This document shows positions 1 to 8,242 of a stretch of DNA of 64,000 nucleotides, in pieces. The position numbers and the translations under genes were made by a program. Below the pieces are notes generated by a model. That model saw only the letters and a program-made list of their open reading frames with translations, was not told where the DNA came from and ran no database searches. The stretch lies in NCBI GenBank assembly GCA_037447115.1, contig JBBIHH010000007.1, positions 17,188 through 81,187 of the forward strand, given 5' to 3'. Origin of the DNA: Acidobacteriota bacterium (GTDB taxonomy: Bacteria; Acidobacteriota; Polarisedimenticolia; Polarisedimenticolales; JBBIHH01). Each line of letters begins with the position of its first letter. Positions within the stretch are counted from its first letter, which is position 1.

Positions 1-75
1 CCTTCGCCGTGCCCGCTCCCGCCGAGGCCGGAGCCGGCGGCGGAGGTTGAGCGGCCACCTCGGGGCCCCGCCGCG

Positions 76-777
76 TCATCCCTCCAGCAGGAAGTCGAGC
101 CGCGAGCCCGGGGCGAACTCCTCGGGCGGGCTTCCACGCCGGAAGACGCGGGCCCCTGCCTCGCCGACGAGACTCACGCCTCCGCCCTCGACCCGCAGCA
201 TCGCCCCCTCGCGCAGGCCCACCACGATCCGCTCGTGCTCTTCGAGATACTGCTCGATGCGTTGCTCGCGCGTCTCTCCCATGTGCGGGCTCGTGGGGTC
301 GGGATCGAGGTAGTGCGGGTTGATCTGGAAGGGCACGAGACCGAGGGCCTCGAACGAGGGCGGCTGGACGATCGGCATGTCGTTGGTCGTCTGGATCGTG
401 GGGCAGGCCACGTTGGAGCCGGCGCTCGAGCCGATGTAGGGCGCGCCGGCCCGCACCCGTTCGCGCAGGGGCTCCAGCAGGCCGAAACGGTGCAGCGCAG
501 CCAAAAGCCGGAACGTGTTGCCGCCGCCGACGAAGAACGCCTCGGCGCGCGCGACGGCAGCCGCGGGATCGGGTTCCCGGTGGACCGACTCGAGACGCAG
601 GCCCATGCGGGCGAAGCGCTCCCGCGCCATGGCGGCGTAGCCGTCGCGGTCGTGGAGCGCATAGGGTAGGAAAAGCACGCGCGCCCGCGGGCCGAGCAGA
701 CGGCGGATTTCCGCCTCGCAGTGGTCGAGGTACCCGGTGCCGTACGTTCGCGAGCTGCTGAGGAGCAACAAACGCAT
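76..777 (-). CDS. pepE: Peptidase S51 family dipeptidase E (PepE-like)
   Basis: ORF 76..837 trimmed to ATG at 777 (MRLLLLSSS). S51 hallmarks FFVGGGNTFRLL and IGSSAGSNV (nucleophile Ser region) are present. Confidence 0.8.
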   Translation of the reverse strand: MRLLLLSSSRTYGTGYLDHCEAEIRRLLGPRARVLFLPYALHDRDGYAAMARERFARMGLRLESVHREPDPAAAVARAEAFFVGGGNTFRLLAALHRFGLLEPLRERVRAGAPYIGSSAGSNVACPTIQTTNDMPIVQPPSFEALGLVPFQINPHYLDPDPTSPHMGETREQRIEQYLEEHERIVVGLREGAMLRVEGGGVSLVGEAGARVFRRGSPPEEFAPGSRLDFLLEG

Positions 778-808
778 CGCGCGCCCCCTTCGGTTGAGGG
801 AAGCGGCT

Positions 809-1597
809 ATGATGCCGCAGGGGATCGCGGGCAGCAACGGAGGCGGATGCGGCGTGCGGTGCTACGACGCGGTGCTGTTCGACGCGGGCGAAACGCTCCT
901 CGCGCCGCGCGAGAGCTTCGGCGCGGTCTACGCCCGGGTGCTGGCGCGACACGGGTTGCGCCTCCCGCCAGAGCGCTTGGAGGCCGCGTTGCGCGAGACC
1001 TGGGAAGCTCTCCAGGCGCGCATCCCGGCGGGCCGGAATCGCTACGCCTATTTCGCGGGGGGCGAGGCGGGCTACTGGCTGGCGTTCGTGCGAGGCACGC
1101 TCCTGCGCGCCCTGGGGCCGGAGGCGACGGCGCGGGCGGCCGAGCTGCTGGAGCCGTTGCGCGAGGCGTTCGGCGAGCGCGAGGCCTGGCGCGTCTTCGA
1201 CGAGGTTCCGGTAGTGCTCGCCGCGCTCGCGGACGCCGGCGTGCGCCTTGCGGTCGTCTCGAACTGGGACAGCCGCCTGGCCGCGTTGCTGGAGCGCTTG
1301 GGGCTGGCGTGGGCGTTCGACGCCATCGTCGTCTCGAGCGGGGAGGACGTCGAGAAGCCGGCGCCGGCCATCTTCCGTCGCGCCCTCGCCCGGCTGGGCG
1401 TGCCGCCCGAGCGCGCCCTGCACGTCGGCGACTCCCCCGAGCTCGATCTCGCCGGGGCCCACGCCGCGGGGATCGCGGCGCTGCTCGTGGACCGCAGGGG
1501 CCGGCTCGACCCGCGCTGGCGAGCCCTGCCCGACCTGAGACCGCTGCCGGCCATCGTCGCGCACGGAGGCGGGCACCCGCCCCCGCGGCGGGGCTGA
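809..1597 (+). CDS. HAD-IA family hydrolase
   Basis: ORF 737..1597 trimmed to ATG 809 (GAGGGAAG upstream). HAD motifs seen: VLFDAGETLL (motif I variant DxxxT), VVSNWD, EKP (Lys) and HVGDSPELD. Divergent from pepE with a 31-nt spacer. Confidence 0.7.
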   Translation: MMPQGIAGSNGGGCGVRCYDAVLFDAGETLLAPRESFGAVYARVLARHGLRLPPERLEAALRETWEALQARIPAGRNRYAYFAGGEAGYWLAFVRGTLLRALGPEATARAAELLEPLREAFGEREAWRVFDEVPVVLAALADAGVRLAVVSNWDSRLAALLERLGLAWAFDAIVVSSGEDVEKPAPAIFRRALARLGVPPERALHVGDSPELDLAGAHAAGIAALLVDRRGRLDPRWRALPDLRPLPAIVAHGGGHPPPRRG

Positions 1598-1601
1598 TCC
1601 C

Positions 1602-2645
1602 TCAGCCCTTGGCCCCCAACAGCTCGCGACGCTTGGCTTCGAGCTTGGCCTCGAGCCCTTCCTCCCCGGAGAGGATGACCGAGTCGACCGTCCCGTCCGG
1701 GCGCACGATCACGAAGGTGGGTGTGGAGACGATGCGGAACTGCTTGGCGATGTTCAAACCCTCGTCGAGGAAAACCGGGAACGACAGGCCGTTGGCGCGG
1801 CAGAATTCTTCGGTCTTGACGCGCACCGCTTCGTTGGGAACATCGGCCGCTCCGACGAGGTTGATCCCTTGACCATGTTCCTTCAGCCAGCGGGACAGCG
1901 GCGGCAGCGCCTGCCGGCAGTGCGGGCACTCGACCGACCAGAACACGAGCACGTTCAGTTTGTCCGCCGCGAGCATCTCGGACCAGCGCTTGCGGGAACC
2001 GTCGAGCAGCGGCGCCTGGAAATCCGGGCATTTCTCCCCGACGAGCTCGCGCACGGGATACCAACGACCGAGCGCCCCGTAGGTGGCGAGCTCGCCCGTC
2101 TCGGCGACGCGGCGCAGCGCATCGGCGAGCGTCACCTTGTACTCCAGCGGCTGCTTGAGGCTCGCCCCGTTCGCCAGGCGCAGCCGTCCCGCCGCATCGA
2201 GGATCGTGATGCTGGGCACGCTGCGCACGTTGAGGGACTGGGCAATGCGAAAGTCCCGGTCGCGCAACACCGGCACGCGGATCTTCAGCTCCCGGGCGCG
2301 CGTCGCCACCTCCTCGGGGCGGATGCCCCGTTCCACCGCTGTGACGCCCAGCAGGACGAGACGCTCGGGGCCGATGTCGTCCGCGAGCGCCTGGAGTTCC
2401 TGGAACACCTGATCCGCGCGGTAGTTGCCGGGAATCCAGTAGCAGAGGACGACGGGGCGCTTGCCGAGAACCCGCGAGAGGTCCACCACTGGCGGGCCGC
2501 CGACACCGGCGTTCAGATTGTCGAGACTGAGCGGGGGAAACGGCTCCCCGAACTCGAGCGGCTCGACCTGCCCGAGCTGTTGCGGGGCCGCGAGCGCCGC
2601 CGCGGATACCGCGAGGAGGGCGGCGACGATCGGATCGAGACGCAA
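1602..2645 (-). CDS. TlpA/ResA-like thiol-disulfide oxidoreductase with two thioredoxin folds
   Basis: ORF 1602..2843. The C-terminal half has FWSVECPHCRQ (CxxC); the N-terminal half has a thioredoxin-like pattern without CxxC. A signal-like segment LRLDPIVAALLAVSAAALAAP follows TTG 2645, which is preceded by GAGGAGGAAG. The start is uncertain. Confidence 0.7.
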   Translation of the reverse strand: MRLDPIVAALLAVSAAALAAPQQLGQVEPLEFGEPFPPLSLDNLNAGVGGPPVVDLSRVLGKRPVVLCYWIPGNYRADQVFQELQALADDIGPERLVLLGVTAVERGIRPEEVATRARELKIRVPVLRDRDFRIAQSLNVRSVPSITILDAAGRLRLANGASLKQPLEYKVTLADALRRVAETGELATYGALGRWYPVRELVGEKCPDFQAPLLDGSRKRWSEMLAADKLNVLVFWSVECPHCRQALPPLSRWLKEHGQGINLVGAADVPNEAVRVKTEEFCRANGLSFPVFLDEGLNIAKQFRIVSTPTFVIVRPDGTVDSVILSGEEGLEAKLEAKRRELLGAKG

Positions 2646-2758
2646 AGCGACGTCTTCCTCCTCTCGTGGCTCGAGTCCGGGCTCGGGACAGGCGACGATT
2701 ATATAGGGCTCCCTGCCGGGCCACCACCCGCAGCGGCCCGGCGGGGGTGGAGGAAGCC

Positions 2759-3640
2759 ATGAGAGATGCAAGCGGACGTGGAGGTTCGAGGCAGCGTGGC
2801 TGCCGGACGGGGGTGCTCCTGCTCTGCGCGCTTGCCGCCGCACCGGCCTGCGCCCGAGACGAGGCCCCCGGCTTCGATCCCGCCTGGGCGCTCGATCCGG
2901 TGTGGGACGACGGGCGGGCCGAGGTGGCGGTCTACGAGGCCTCGCGGGTGATCTACGGCGCGCCGCGACCCTTCGAAGCCATCGCCATCGTGGTCACGGA
3001 GGACTTCGACGCCGAGCGTCTCGTCAAGGCGGATCCCCCCTACGAGGGACGCCGCCTGCTGCCCGTGCTCAAGCTCAACCTCGTCCGCGAGATCCCGACG
3101 CCGAACTACGACTACCGCATCATGACGAGCGTGTTCGTCCGCCGCGAGCGACCCGAACACCTGGTGAAGCTGACGGTGACGAGCCACGAGTGGTGCGGCA
3201 ACACCTGGAAGGTCCTCCGGGTGCGCGACACTCAGGCCCACTACGCCTGGGCCTCGTACTTCGACGCCGAGGGCGACGGAAACCAGAGCTGGCGCGTGCA
3301 GCCCGGGGATCTCCTGGAAGACCAGCTCCCGGTGACACTGCGCGGGCTGCAATTTCGCGAGGGACTGGAGCTGACGTTGCGCGTCGTTCCCACGCTCGGC
3401 ACGAACCGCGGGGGTCCCCTGGAGTGGCGCCAGGCGCGGCTGAGCGTCCGCGGTCTCGAAACCGTGGCGACCGGGCTTGGCGAGCGGCGCGCGTGGCGCG
3501 TGGAGATTCGGGGCGAGGGCTTCGAACGGACCCTCTGGTTCGACGACGAGGGAAGTCACCCGCTCCTGCGCCTCAGCGGGCCCGAGGAGCACTGGACGCT
3601 GCGCTCCATCGAACGGCGGGCGTACTGGCTCAGGCCCTAG
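2759..3640 (+). CDS. Secreted hypothetical protein (no family recognised)
   Basis: ORF 2666..3640 trimmed to ATG 2759 (GGTGGAGGAAG SD). It has the signal-like segment GVLLLCALAAAPACA and coding-like composition. I recognise no diagnostic motif (HEWCGNTWK noted). Confidence 0.55.
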   Translation: MRDASGRGGSRQRGCRTGVLLLCALAAAPACARDEAPGFDPAWALDPVWDDGRAEVAVYEASRVIYGAPRPFEAIAIVVTEDFDAERLVKADPPYEGRRLLPVLKLNLVREIPTPNYDYRIMTSVFVRRERPEHLVKLTVTSHEWCGNTWKVLRVRDTQAHYAWASYFDAEGDGNQSWRVQPGDLLEDQLPVTLRGLQFREGLELTLRVVPTLGTNRGGPLEWRQARLSVRGLETVATGLGERRAWRVEIRGEGFERTLWFDDEGSHPLLRLSGPEEHWTLRSIERRAYWLRP

Positions 3641-3809
3641 CCCCGGAGCGGGGACGAGCGACACCGATTCCCGTCGTGCGCCCATCGCCTCCTGCCTCGC
3701 CACGCGGGAACCCTCGCGAGTCGCCACCCCCTCGCGCACCTATCCCCTCGGGAAGGACCCCCGGATAGTCCAGCTTGGCGCGGGGCCTTCGGGGCCCTAT
3801 CTTCGCCTC

Positions 3810-4607
3810 GTGCGCGGCTGCCGAGGCGGTGGGTGGGGCGCTCTCGCCCTGGTGTCGCTGGCCGTGGTCGGGGCGGCCTGCGGGGGGGGCACACGCAAAG
3901 CCCCCGTCTCCGTGGGAACGGAGGCCGTCGAGGCCACGCCCGGCGCGGCGGGGCATGAGCCGCAGGAAGAGCCCCCTCAGGAGGGCGTCCTGCACTTGGT
4001 GCAGCCTGGGCAGACTCTGTGGCGTATCGCGCGGGCCTACGGGACTACGGTGGAGATCCTGGCCGAGGTCAACGGGCTCCAGGACCCCACGCGCCTCGAG
4101 GCGGGGCAGGTGCTCTTCATACCGGGCGCCCAGGAAGTGCTCGAGATCTCGCCTTTCCCGGCCCCCCCTCCGGAGCCCCCGGAGCTGAGGCAGCAAGACC
4201 CTCCCCTCGCGGGCCTGGCGTGGCCCGTGCCGGGAGGCCGGATGCTTTCGGGCTACGGCGCGCCGCGTGGTGGGAGGCCCCATCGCGGGCTCGACATCGG
4301 CGCAGCTCCGGGAACGGCCGTCATCGCTGCGGCCGACGGGCGCGTGCGCTATGCGGGCGAAACGCTGCGGGGATACGGCAAGACGGTGATCGTGGATCAC
4401 GAGGGCGGCTGGGCCACGCTCTACGCTCACAACGCCGTGCTGCTCGTCGCGCGCGGGGAGCCGGTCCGCCGGGGGCAGACCATCGCCCGCGTGGGGCGCA
4501 CCGGAAAAGCCACCGGTCCTCACTGTCACTTCGAGCTCCGGCGCCACGGCCGGCCCCTCGATCCGCTGCCCTATTTCGGGGATGCCGTGGCGGGGAGGCT
4601 GCCGTGA
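3810..4607 (+). CDS. LysM domain-containing M23 family metallo-endopeptidase
   Basis: ORF 3477..4607 trimmed to GTG 3810 ahead of the signal segment WGALALVSLAVVGAACGGG. LysM: LHLVQPGQTLWRIARAYGTTVEILAEVNGL. M23 zinc motifs HRGLD (HxxxD) and PHCHFE (HxH) are intact. Confidence 0.85.
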   Translation: MRGCRGGGWGALALVSLAVVGAACGGGTRKAPVSVGTEAVEATPGAAGHEPQEEPPQEGVLHLVQPGQTLWRIARAYGTTVEILAEVNGLQDPTRLEAGQVLFIPGAQEVLEISPFPAPPPEPPELRQQDPPLAGLAWPVPGGRMLSGYGAPRGGRPHRGLDIGAAPGTAVIAAADGRVRYAGETLRGYGKTVIVDHEGGWATLYAHNAVLLVARGEPVRRGQTIARVGRTGKATGPHCHFELRRHGRPLDPLPYFGDAVAGRLP

Positions 4608-5251
4608 GCCTCGAAGTGCACTGCGACGTCTGCGGGCAGGGTTTCATCACCGAGCTTGCGGGACCGACGGAACTGCCCTGCCCGGTTTGCGGCGCCCGCC
4701 TGTCGGTGGCCGCCAGCCTGCCGGAATCGCGCTCGGCAGCTGTGGCCGAGCCGAGCGCGATCGAGGCGCACGCCGCGACCGCGGACGAGGTCGTCTGCCC
4801 GCGCTGCGGCTTGCATTTCCGCTCGCGCGCGGCGCAGGCTGCGCCGGCGGCGAGAGCGCGGCGGACGATCCTCGTCTTGGAAGACATGGACTACTTCCAG
4901 GAACTCTTGGCCGAGGCGCTCGAGCCGCGCTACGAAGTGCGGCTGGCGCGCACGATCGCGGAAGCGGACGCCGTGCTGGCGCGCGAGCCCGTCCACCTCA
5001 TCCTCGTGGATCCGGGGCTCGACGGCGGCCGCGGCGGGCTCGCCTGGCTCGCCAGGCTGCGCCCGAAGCCTTGCCCGGTCCTGATCTTCACCGCGGAGGA
5101 TGAATCGGAGATCTACGGGGCGCCCTGGAAGCGCCTGCGCGAGCTGGGGGCAGACGATCTCGTGCTCAAGGGACTGCACGCCGGCGAAGCGATCCAGCGC
5201 AAGGTGGCGGAGCTCCTGGGGGAGCCCGCCGACGCGTTCGAGGGGACCTGA
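4604..5251 (+). CDS. Zinc-ribbon plus receiver-domain protein (orphan response regulator without output domain)
   Basis: GTG 4604 overlaps the M23 stop (GTGA). The N-terminus carries CDVCG-x15-CPVCG and CPRCG. The receiver has ILVLEDMD, LILVDPG (Asp), LIFTAED (Thr) and LVLKGL (Lys). Confidence 0.7.
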   Translation: MSLEVHCDVCGQGFITELAGPTELPCPVCGARLSVAASLPESRSAAVAEPSAIEAHAATADEVVCPRCGLHFRSRAAQAAPAARARRTILVLEDMDYFQELLAEALEPRYEVRLARTIAEADAVLAREPVHLILVDPGLDGGRGGLAWLARLRPKPCPVLIFTAEDESEIYGAPWKRLRELGADDLVLKGLHAGEAIQRKVAELLGEPADAFEGT

Positions 5252-5300
5252 GTTCGGCTCGGGCAGACGCACCCCCCAGCCGACGCGCCGGCGGCGATCC

Positions 5301-6023
5301 TCACCGGCCGAAAGCGAATCCCACCTGAACCGAGGCTCCGGACAGATCGAGGGTGCCGAATCCGGCGAAATCGCCTCCGAGATCGTCCTCGGCTCCGAGA
5401 TAGCGGCCCTCGATCACGACGGAGGTCCGATAGGTCAGCGGTACGCGGGCGCCCAGCAGCGCCGTCCAGGCGAACGTCCACCCGTCGTCCCGGAACCGGT
5501 CGAAGAAGATCTCCAGCGGGTCCGTCCCGAAATCGATGAAGTCCCCGATCTCCTCGTACTCCCAGTACGTCACTCCCGCCCCGGCGCCGGCGTAGATCCC
5601 GGTCCCGCGTTTGCCGCGGCTGTTCCGCCCGCCGGCGCCCACGCGCAGGTCCACCAGGAGCGGCATGAGGCGCAACCGCGTGTCGTGCACGATGGGGAAT
5701 CCAGCGTCGTCCACGAAGTCGCGGTAGGCTGTCGCCACCGTATCGCTATAGAAATCGAGATTGAAGCCCACTTCCAGGCCGCGCGCTACGGCAGTCCGAA
5801 CGGTCACGCCCAGGGTCGTGGAGCGCAGGTCGCTCCCGTCGAACGCGAACAGCTCTTCGTTCGCCCGCCAGAAATCCCCGGACGCCCGCGGGAAGAAACC
5901 GCCCAGGCGCACCTCGAAGGCGCCCGAGCCACCTCCGCGGCGCGAGGCGGCGAGCGCCGGGGGAACCAGACCGAGCAGCGCGAGAAGAGAAGCCAAAGCG
6001 ACGAGACGACCGGAACGAACCAT
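5301..6023 (-). CDS. Outer-membrane beta-barrel protein (OmpW/porin-like, family uncertain)
   Basis: Signal peptide LVALASLLALLGLVPPALAAS, alternating hydrophobic beta-strand pattern, aromatic-rich C-terminus VQVGFAFGR, and a GGAGG SD 8 nt before the ATG. Confidence 0.6.
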   Translation of the reverse strand: MVRSGRLVALASLLALLGLVPPALAASRRGGGSGAFEVRLGGFFPRASGDFWRANEELFAFDGSDLRSTTLGVTVRTAVARGLEVGFNLDFYSDTVATAYRDFVDDAGFPIVHDTRLRLMPLLVDLRVGAGGRNSRGKRGTGIYAGAGAGVTYWEYEEIGDFIDFGTDPLEIFFDRFRDDGWTFAWTALLGARVPLTYRTSVVIEGRYLGAEDDLGGDFAGFGTLDLSGASVQVGFAFGR

Positions 6024-6058
6024 GGCTTGCGCCTCCTGCCCCCGCGCGGGGCGCGGGA

Positions 6059-6074
6059 AGCAAGGCGCACGCCA
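6059..6074 (-). promoter_or_regulatory. Candidate sigma-54 (-24/-12) promoter upstream of the beta-barrel OMP gene
   Basis: The minus strand reads TGGCGT-gcgcc-TTGCT, with GG and GC at consensus spacing (TGGCAC-N5-TTGCW). It lies 35 nt before ATG 6023, with a GGAGG SD in between. Confidence 0.35.
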
Positions 6075-6195
6075 GCCGCTGCGGCGGCCCGCACCAAGCT
6101 CTTGCCCTGTCCCGTCCGAGCCGCGCGGATTGCGGGGTGTCCGCCCGGCGAGACGGCTAGCCCTCTCGCGAAGACAGCCCGCGCGGACGCCGAGA

Positions 6196-6849
6196 CTATT
6201 CGAGGACGTGGATCACGACCCGGCGGTTCCGGGCGCGGCCCTCGGGGGTGGCGTTGTCCACCACCGGTTTCGATTCGCCGTAGGAAATGACGCTCATGGC
6301 GTGCAGCGGGATTCCCCGCTGCCGCAGGTAATCCCGGACGGCGATGGCCCGCTTCTCGCCGAGGGCGTAGTTGTATTCCTCGCTGCCCACGTTGTCCGTG
6401 TGGCCTTCGATCTCCAGGTAAACGGCTTTGTCCAGCCCCCGAACCTGGGCCACGAGTTCGTCCAGGATCCGCATCGCCTCCGGCGAGAGCGCAGCCTCGT
6501 CGAAGCCGAAGTGCACTCGATCGTCCGAGAGTGTTACGCTCCACAGCAGCTTGCCGCGGGCCGCGCGTTCGGCCACGACCTTGGCTTGCTCCGCGGCGCC
6601 CATGGCCTGGCTGCCGATCTCGGCCGCCCTTTCCGCGGTTCCCTTGACCTCGGCGATCTTGCGGTCGGTTTCCTCGGCCAGCTCGGCGACGCGCCGTTCG
6701 TTGGCTTCCACGGCGCTTTCCACGCCCACGATCCGCTCCTCGGTCTCCGTCATGTTCTTGCGGAAAAGCTTCTTGCTCACGCATCCCGCCGACCCGACGA
6801 GGGCCAGCAGCGCTACGGACACCATCAGCACGCGCCCTTTGCGGTCCAT
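6196..6849 (-). CDS. OmpA/Pal-like lipoprotein with coiled-coil N-terminal region
   Basis: Lipoprotein-like signal LLALVGSAGC. The C-terminal OmpA_C motif is EIEGHTDNVGSEEYNYALGEKRAIAVRDYL...NRRVVIHVLE. ATG 6849 is preferred over GTG 6852 (GGAGGGG SD). Confidence 0.8.
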   Translation of the reverse strand: MDRKGRVLMVSVALLALVGSAGCVSKKLFRKNMTETEERIVGVESAVEANERRVAELAEETDRKIAEVKGTAERAAEIGSQAMGAAEQAKVVAERAARGKLLWSVTLSDDRVHFGFDEAALSPEAMRILDELVAQVRGLDKAVYLEIEGHTDNVGSEEYNYALGEKRAIAVRDYLRQRGIPLHAMSVISYGESKPVVDNATPEGRARNRRVVIHVLE

Positions 6850-6919
6850 CACGACAGCCCCTCCTCTGCCATGCCCGTTACGTTAGCTTGTCCGCTCGGG
6901 ATTCTCCAGTCTCGTGCGC

Positions 6920-6935
6920 TACAAACGTCGTGCCA
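6920..6935 (-). promoter_or_regulatory. Candidate sigma-54 (-24/-12) promoter upstream of the OmpA-like lipoprotein gene
   Basis: The minus strand reads TGGCAC-gacgt-TTGTA. The -24 element is perfect (TGGCACG), but the -12 element has T instead of the conserved C. It lies 70 nt before ATG 6849. Confidence 0.3.
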
Positions 6936-7046
6936 ACCCGCACCGGGGCTTCGGGCGGCGGTCGCACCGCAAAAGTTACACGCAGCCGCGCGCAGTTCTT
7001 ACGCGGGTCAGGCCGGGATTGACTTCCCGGTCCCATCCGGCGAAGC

Positions 7047-7078
7047 CCGGGGGCGCGCATCGCTTCGCGCGTCCCCGG
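7047..7078 (-). terminator. GC-rich hairpin immediately downstream of the VWA gene (putative terminator, no U-tract)
   Basis: Arms 7047..7058 (ccgggggcgcgc) and 7067..7078 (gcgcgtccccgg) pair at 11 of 12 positions around an 8-nt loop. The hairpin starts 9 nt after the stop codon. Confidence 0.3.
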
Positions 7079-7086
7079 CGCGCAAG

Positions 7087-8058
7087 CTAGGGCAAGGCGT
7101 AGTAGCCGCTGCGCGTGCGTACGGTGTGCCGGCGGTTGCGCGTCTCCAGCTGGACGCGCCGGAAGCTGCCGTCCCAGCGCGTGCGAGTGGGATAGTAGCC
7201 GATGAGGTACTGGTACTGCAGCTCTTCTTGAATCTCGGCGATGGCCCGCTCCAGCTCGGAGGTCTCGCTGACGACGAACAGCCGGCCGCCGGTCTCCTCG
7301 CTGAACCTCCGGAGCACGTCCAAGTTGAAGGGCACGTCCCCGTCGCCCGCCGAGCGCGCCACCAGTGAAGCGAAGCCGACGGAGTAGATCGGCACGCTCA
7401 CGCGTCGCGCCGCCTCGATGGCCTGCTCGGCCGTCAGGCGACTGCGGTTATCGACGCCGTCGGTGAGCAGCACGATGGCGCGCCGGTGCGGGCCGCCAGG
7501 CTCCTCGAAAACGAGACGAGGGACTTCCGCCACGGCGTCGTGGAGCGCAGTCTGCCCGAAACCCTCCTGGACCGCGAGGCGTTCGAGGAAAACCTGTTTG
7601 TCCGACGTGAACGGCGTCACCCAGGCCACCTGATCGTCGGCGAAGCAGATCAGCGCCACCCGGTCGAGGGGCCTCAGGCGGCGGGCAAACTCCTCCACCA
7701 CCCGCTTGGCCGCCCCCAGCTTGTCGCGCTGGCGCATGCTGCCCGAAACATCGAGGAGGAACGCGATGGCCTTGGGCTCTCCAGACTCGACCGACACGAA
7801 GGCGATCTCTTGCGGCACCCGGTCCTCGAACAGCCGGAAATCGTCGCGGGTCAGCCCGCGAACCGCCCTGCCGCGCCGGTCCTCCACCGTAGCCGAGAGC
7901 AGGACCATCCGCACGCGCTGGACCTCTCGATACACCGGAAACTCCCGCTCGCCGGCTTCCCGGTCGAACCGGGCCGTGCCGGCCTCCAGCCACGACAGCG
8001 GAGCCAGCACGAACGCCGCGACGAGAGCCCAACGCGCCCGAACCACCCGCATCGCCAT
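7087..8058 (-). CDS. VWA (von Willebrand factor A) domain protein, acidobacterial VWFA-type
   Basis: ORF 7087..8073 (TTG) trimmed to ATG 8058. It has a signal peptide and the MIDAS motif LLDVSGSM. The N-terminal pattern VLLSATVEDRRGRAVRGLTRDDFRLFEDRVPQEI is typical of that family as I recall it. Confidence 0.7.
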   Translation of the reverse strand: MAMRVVRARWALVAAFVLAPLSWLEAGTARFDREAGEREFPVYREVQRVRMVLLSATVEDRRGRAVRGLTRDDFRLFEDRVPQEIAFVSVESGEPKAIAFLLDVSGSMRQRDKLGAAKRVVEEFARRLRPLDRVALICFADDQVAWVTPFTSDKQVFLERLAVQEGFGQTALHDAVAEVPRLVFEEPGGPHRRAIVLLTDGVDNRSRLTAEQAIEAARRVSVPIYSVGFASLVARSAGDGDVPFNLDVLRRFSEETGGRLFVVSETSELERAIAEIQEELQYQYLIGYYPTRTRWDGSFRRVQLETRNRRHTVRTRSGYYALP

Positions 8059-8160
8059 GCTGCCAATCTGCAATCCTCTTGCCGCCCGGTCAATAGCTCG
8101 GGTGTCTGCACCCGTGCAGCGCCAATTGGCCCGCGGGGACCTCTACCCCCTGCCGGCGCC

Positions 8161-8194
8161 TTGACGGGGAAGGGTGCTTGCCCCTATATAGGGG
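8161..8194 (+). promoter_or_regulatory. Sigma-70-type promoter candidate with a palindrome over the -10 box, upstream of OMP gene 8243
   Basis: TTGACG (8161..8166), an 18-nt spacer, then TATATA (8185..8190). A perfect 14-bp palindrome CCCCTATATAGGGG (8181..8194) is centred on the -10 box. Confidence 0.4.
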
Positions 8195-8242
8195 GGCTTT
8201 TGTGCAGGGTGCGCACCGCACGGGCCGTCCCGGCGGAGACGG

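Noticed and set aside
1-50. A possible C-terminal fragment of a plus-strand gene ends at TGA 48..50 (..FAVPAPAEAGAGGGG).
   Set aside because: Only 16 codons are visible and they are low-complexity. This cannot be supported.
3775-3812. A TTGGCG-N17-TATCTT motif lies directly upstream of the GTG start of the M23 gene, which would imply a leaderless transcript.
   Set aside because: Both hexamers match weakly, and the start codon itself is only inferred. This is too speculative to annotate without transcription start data.
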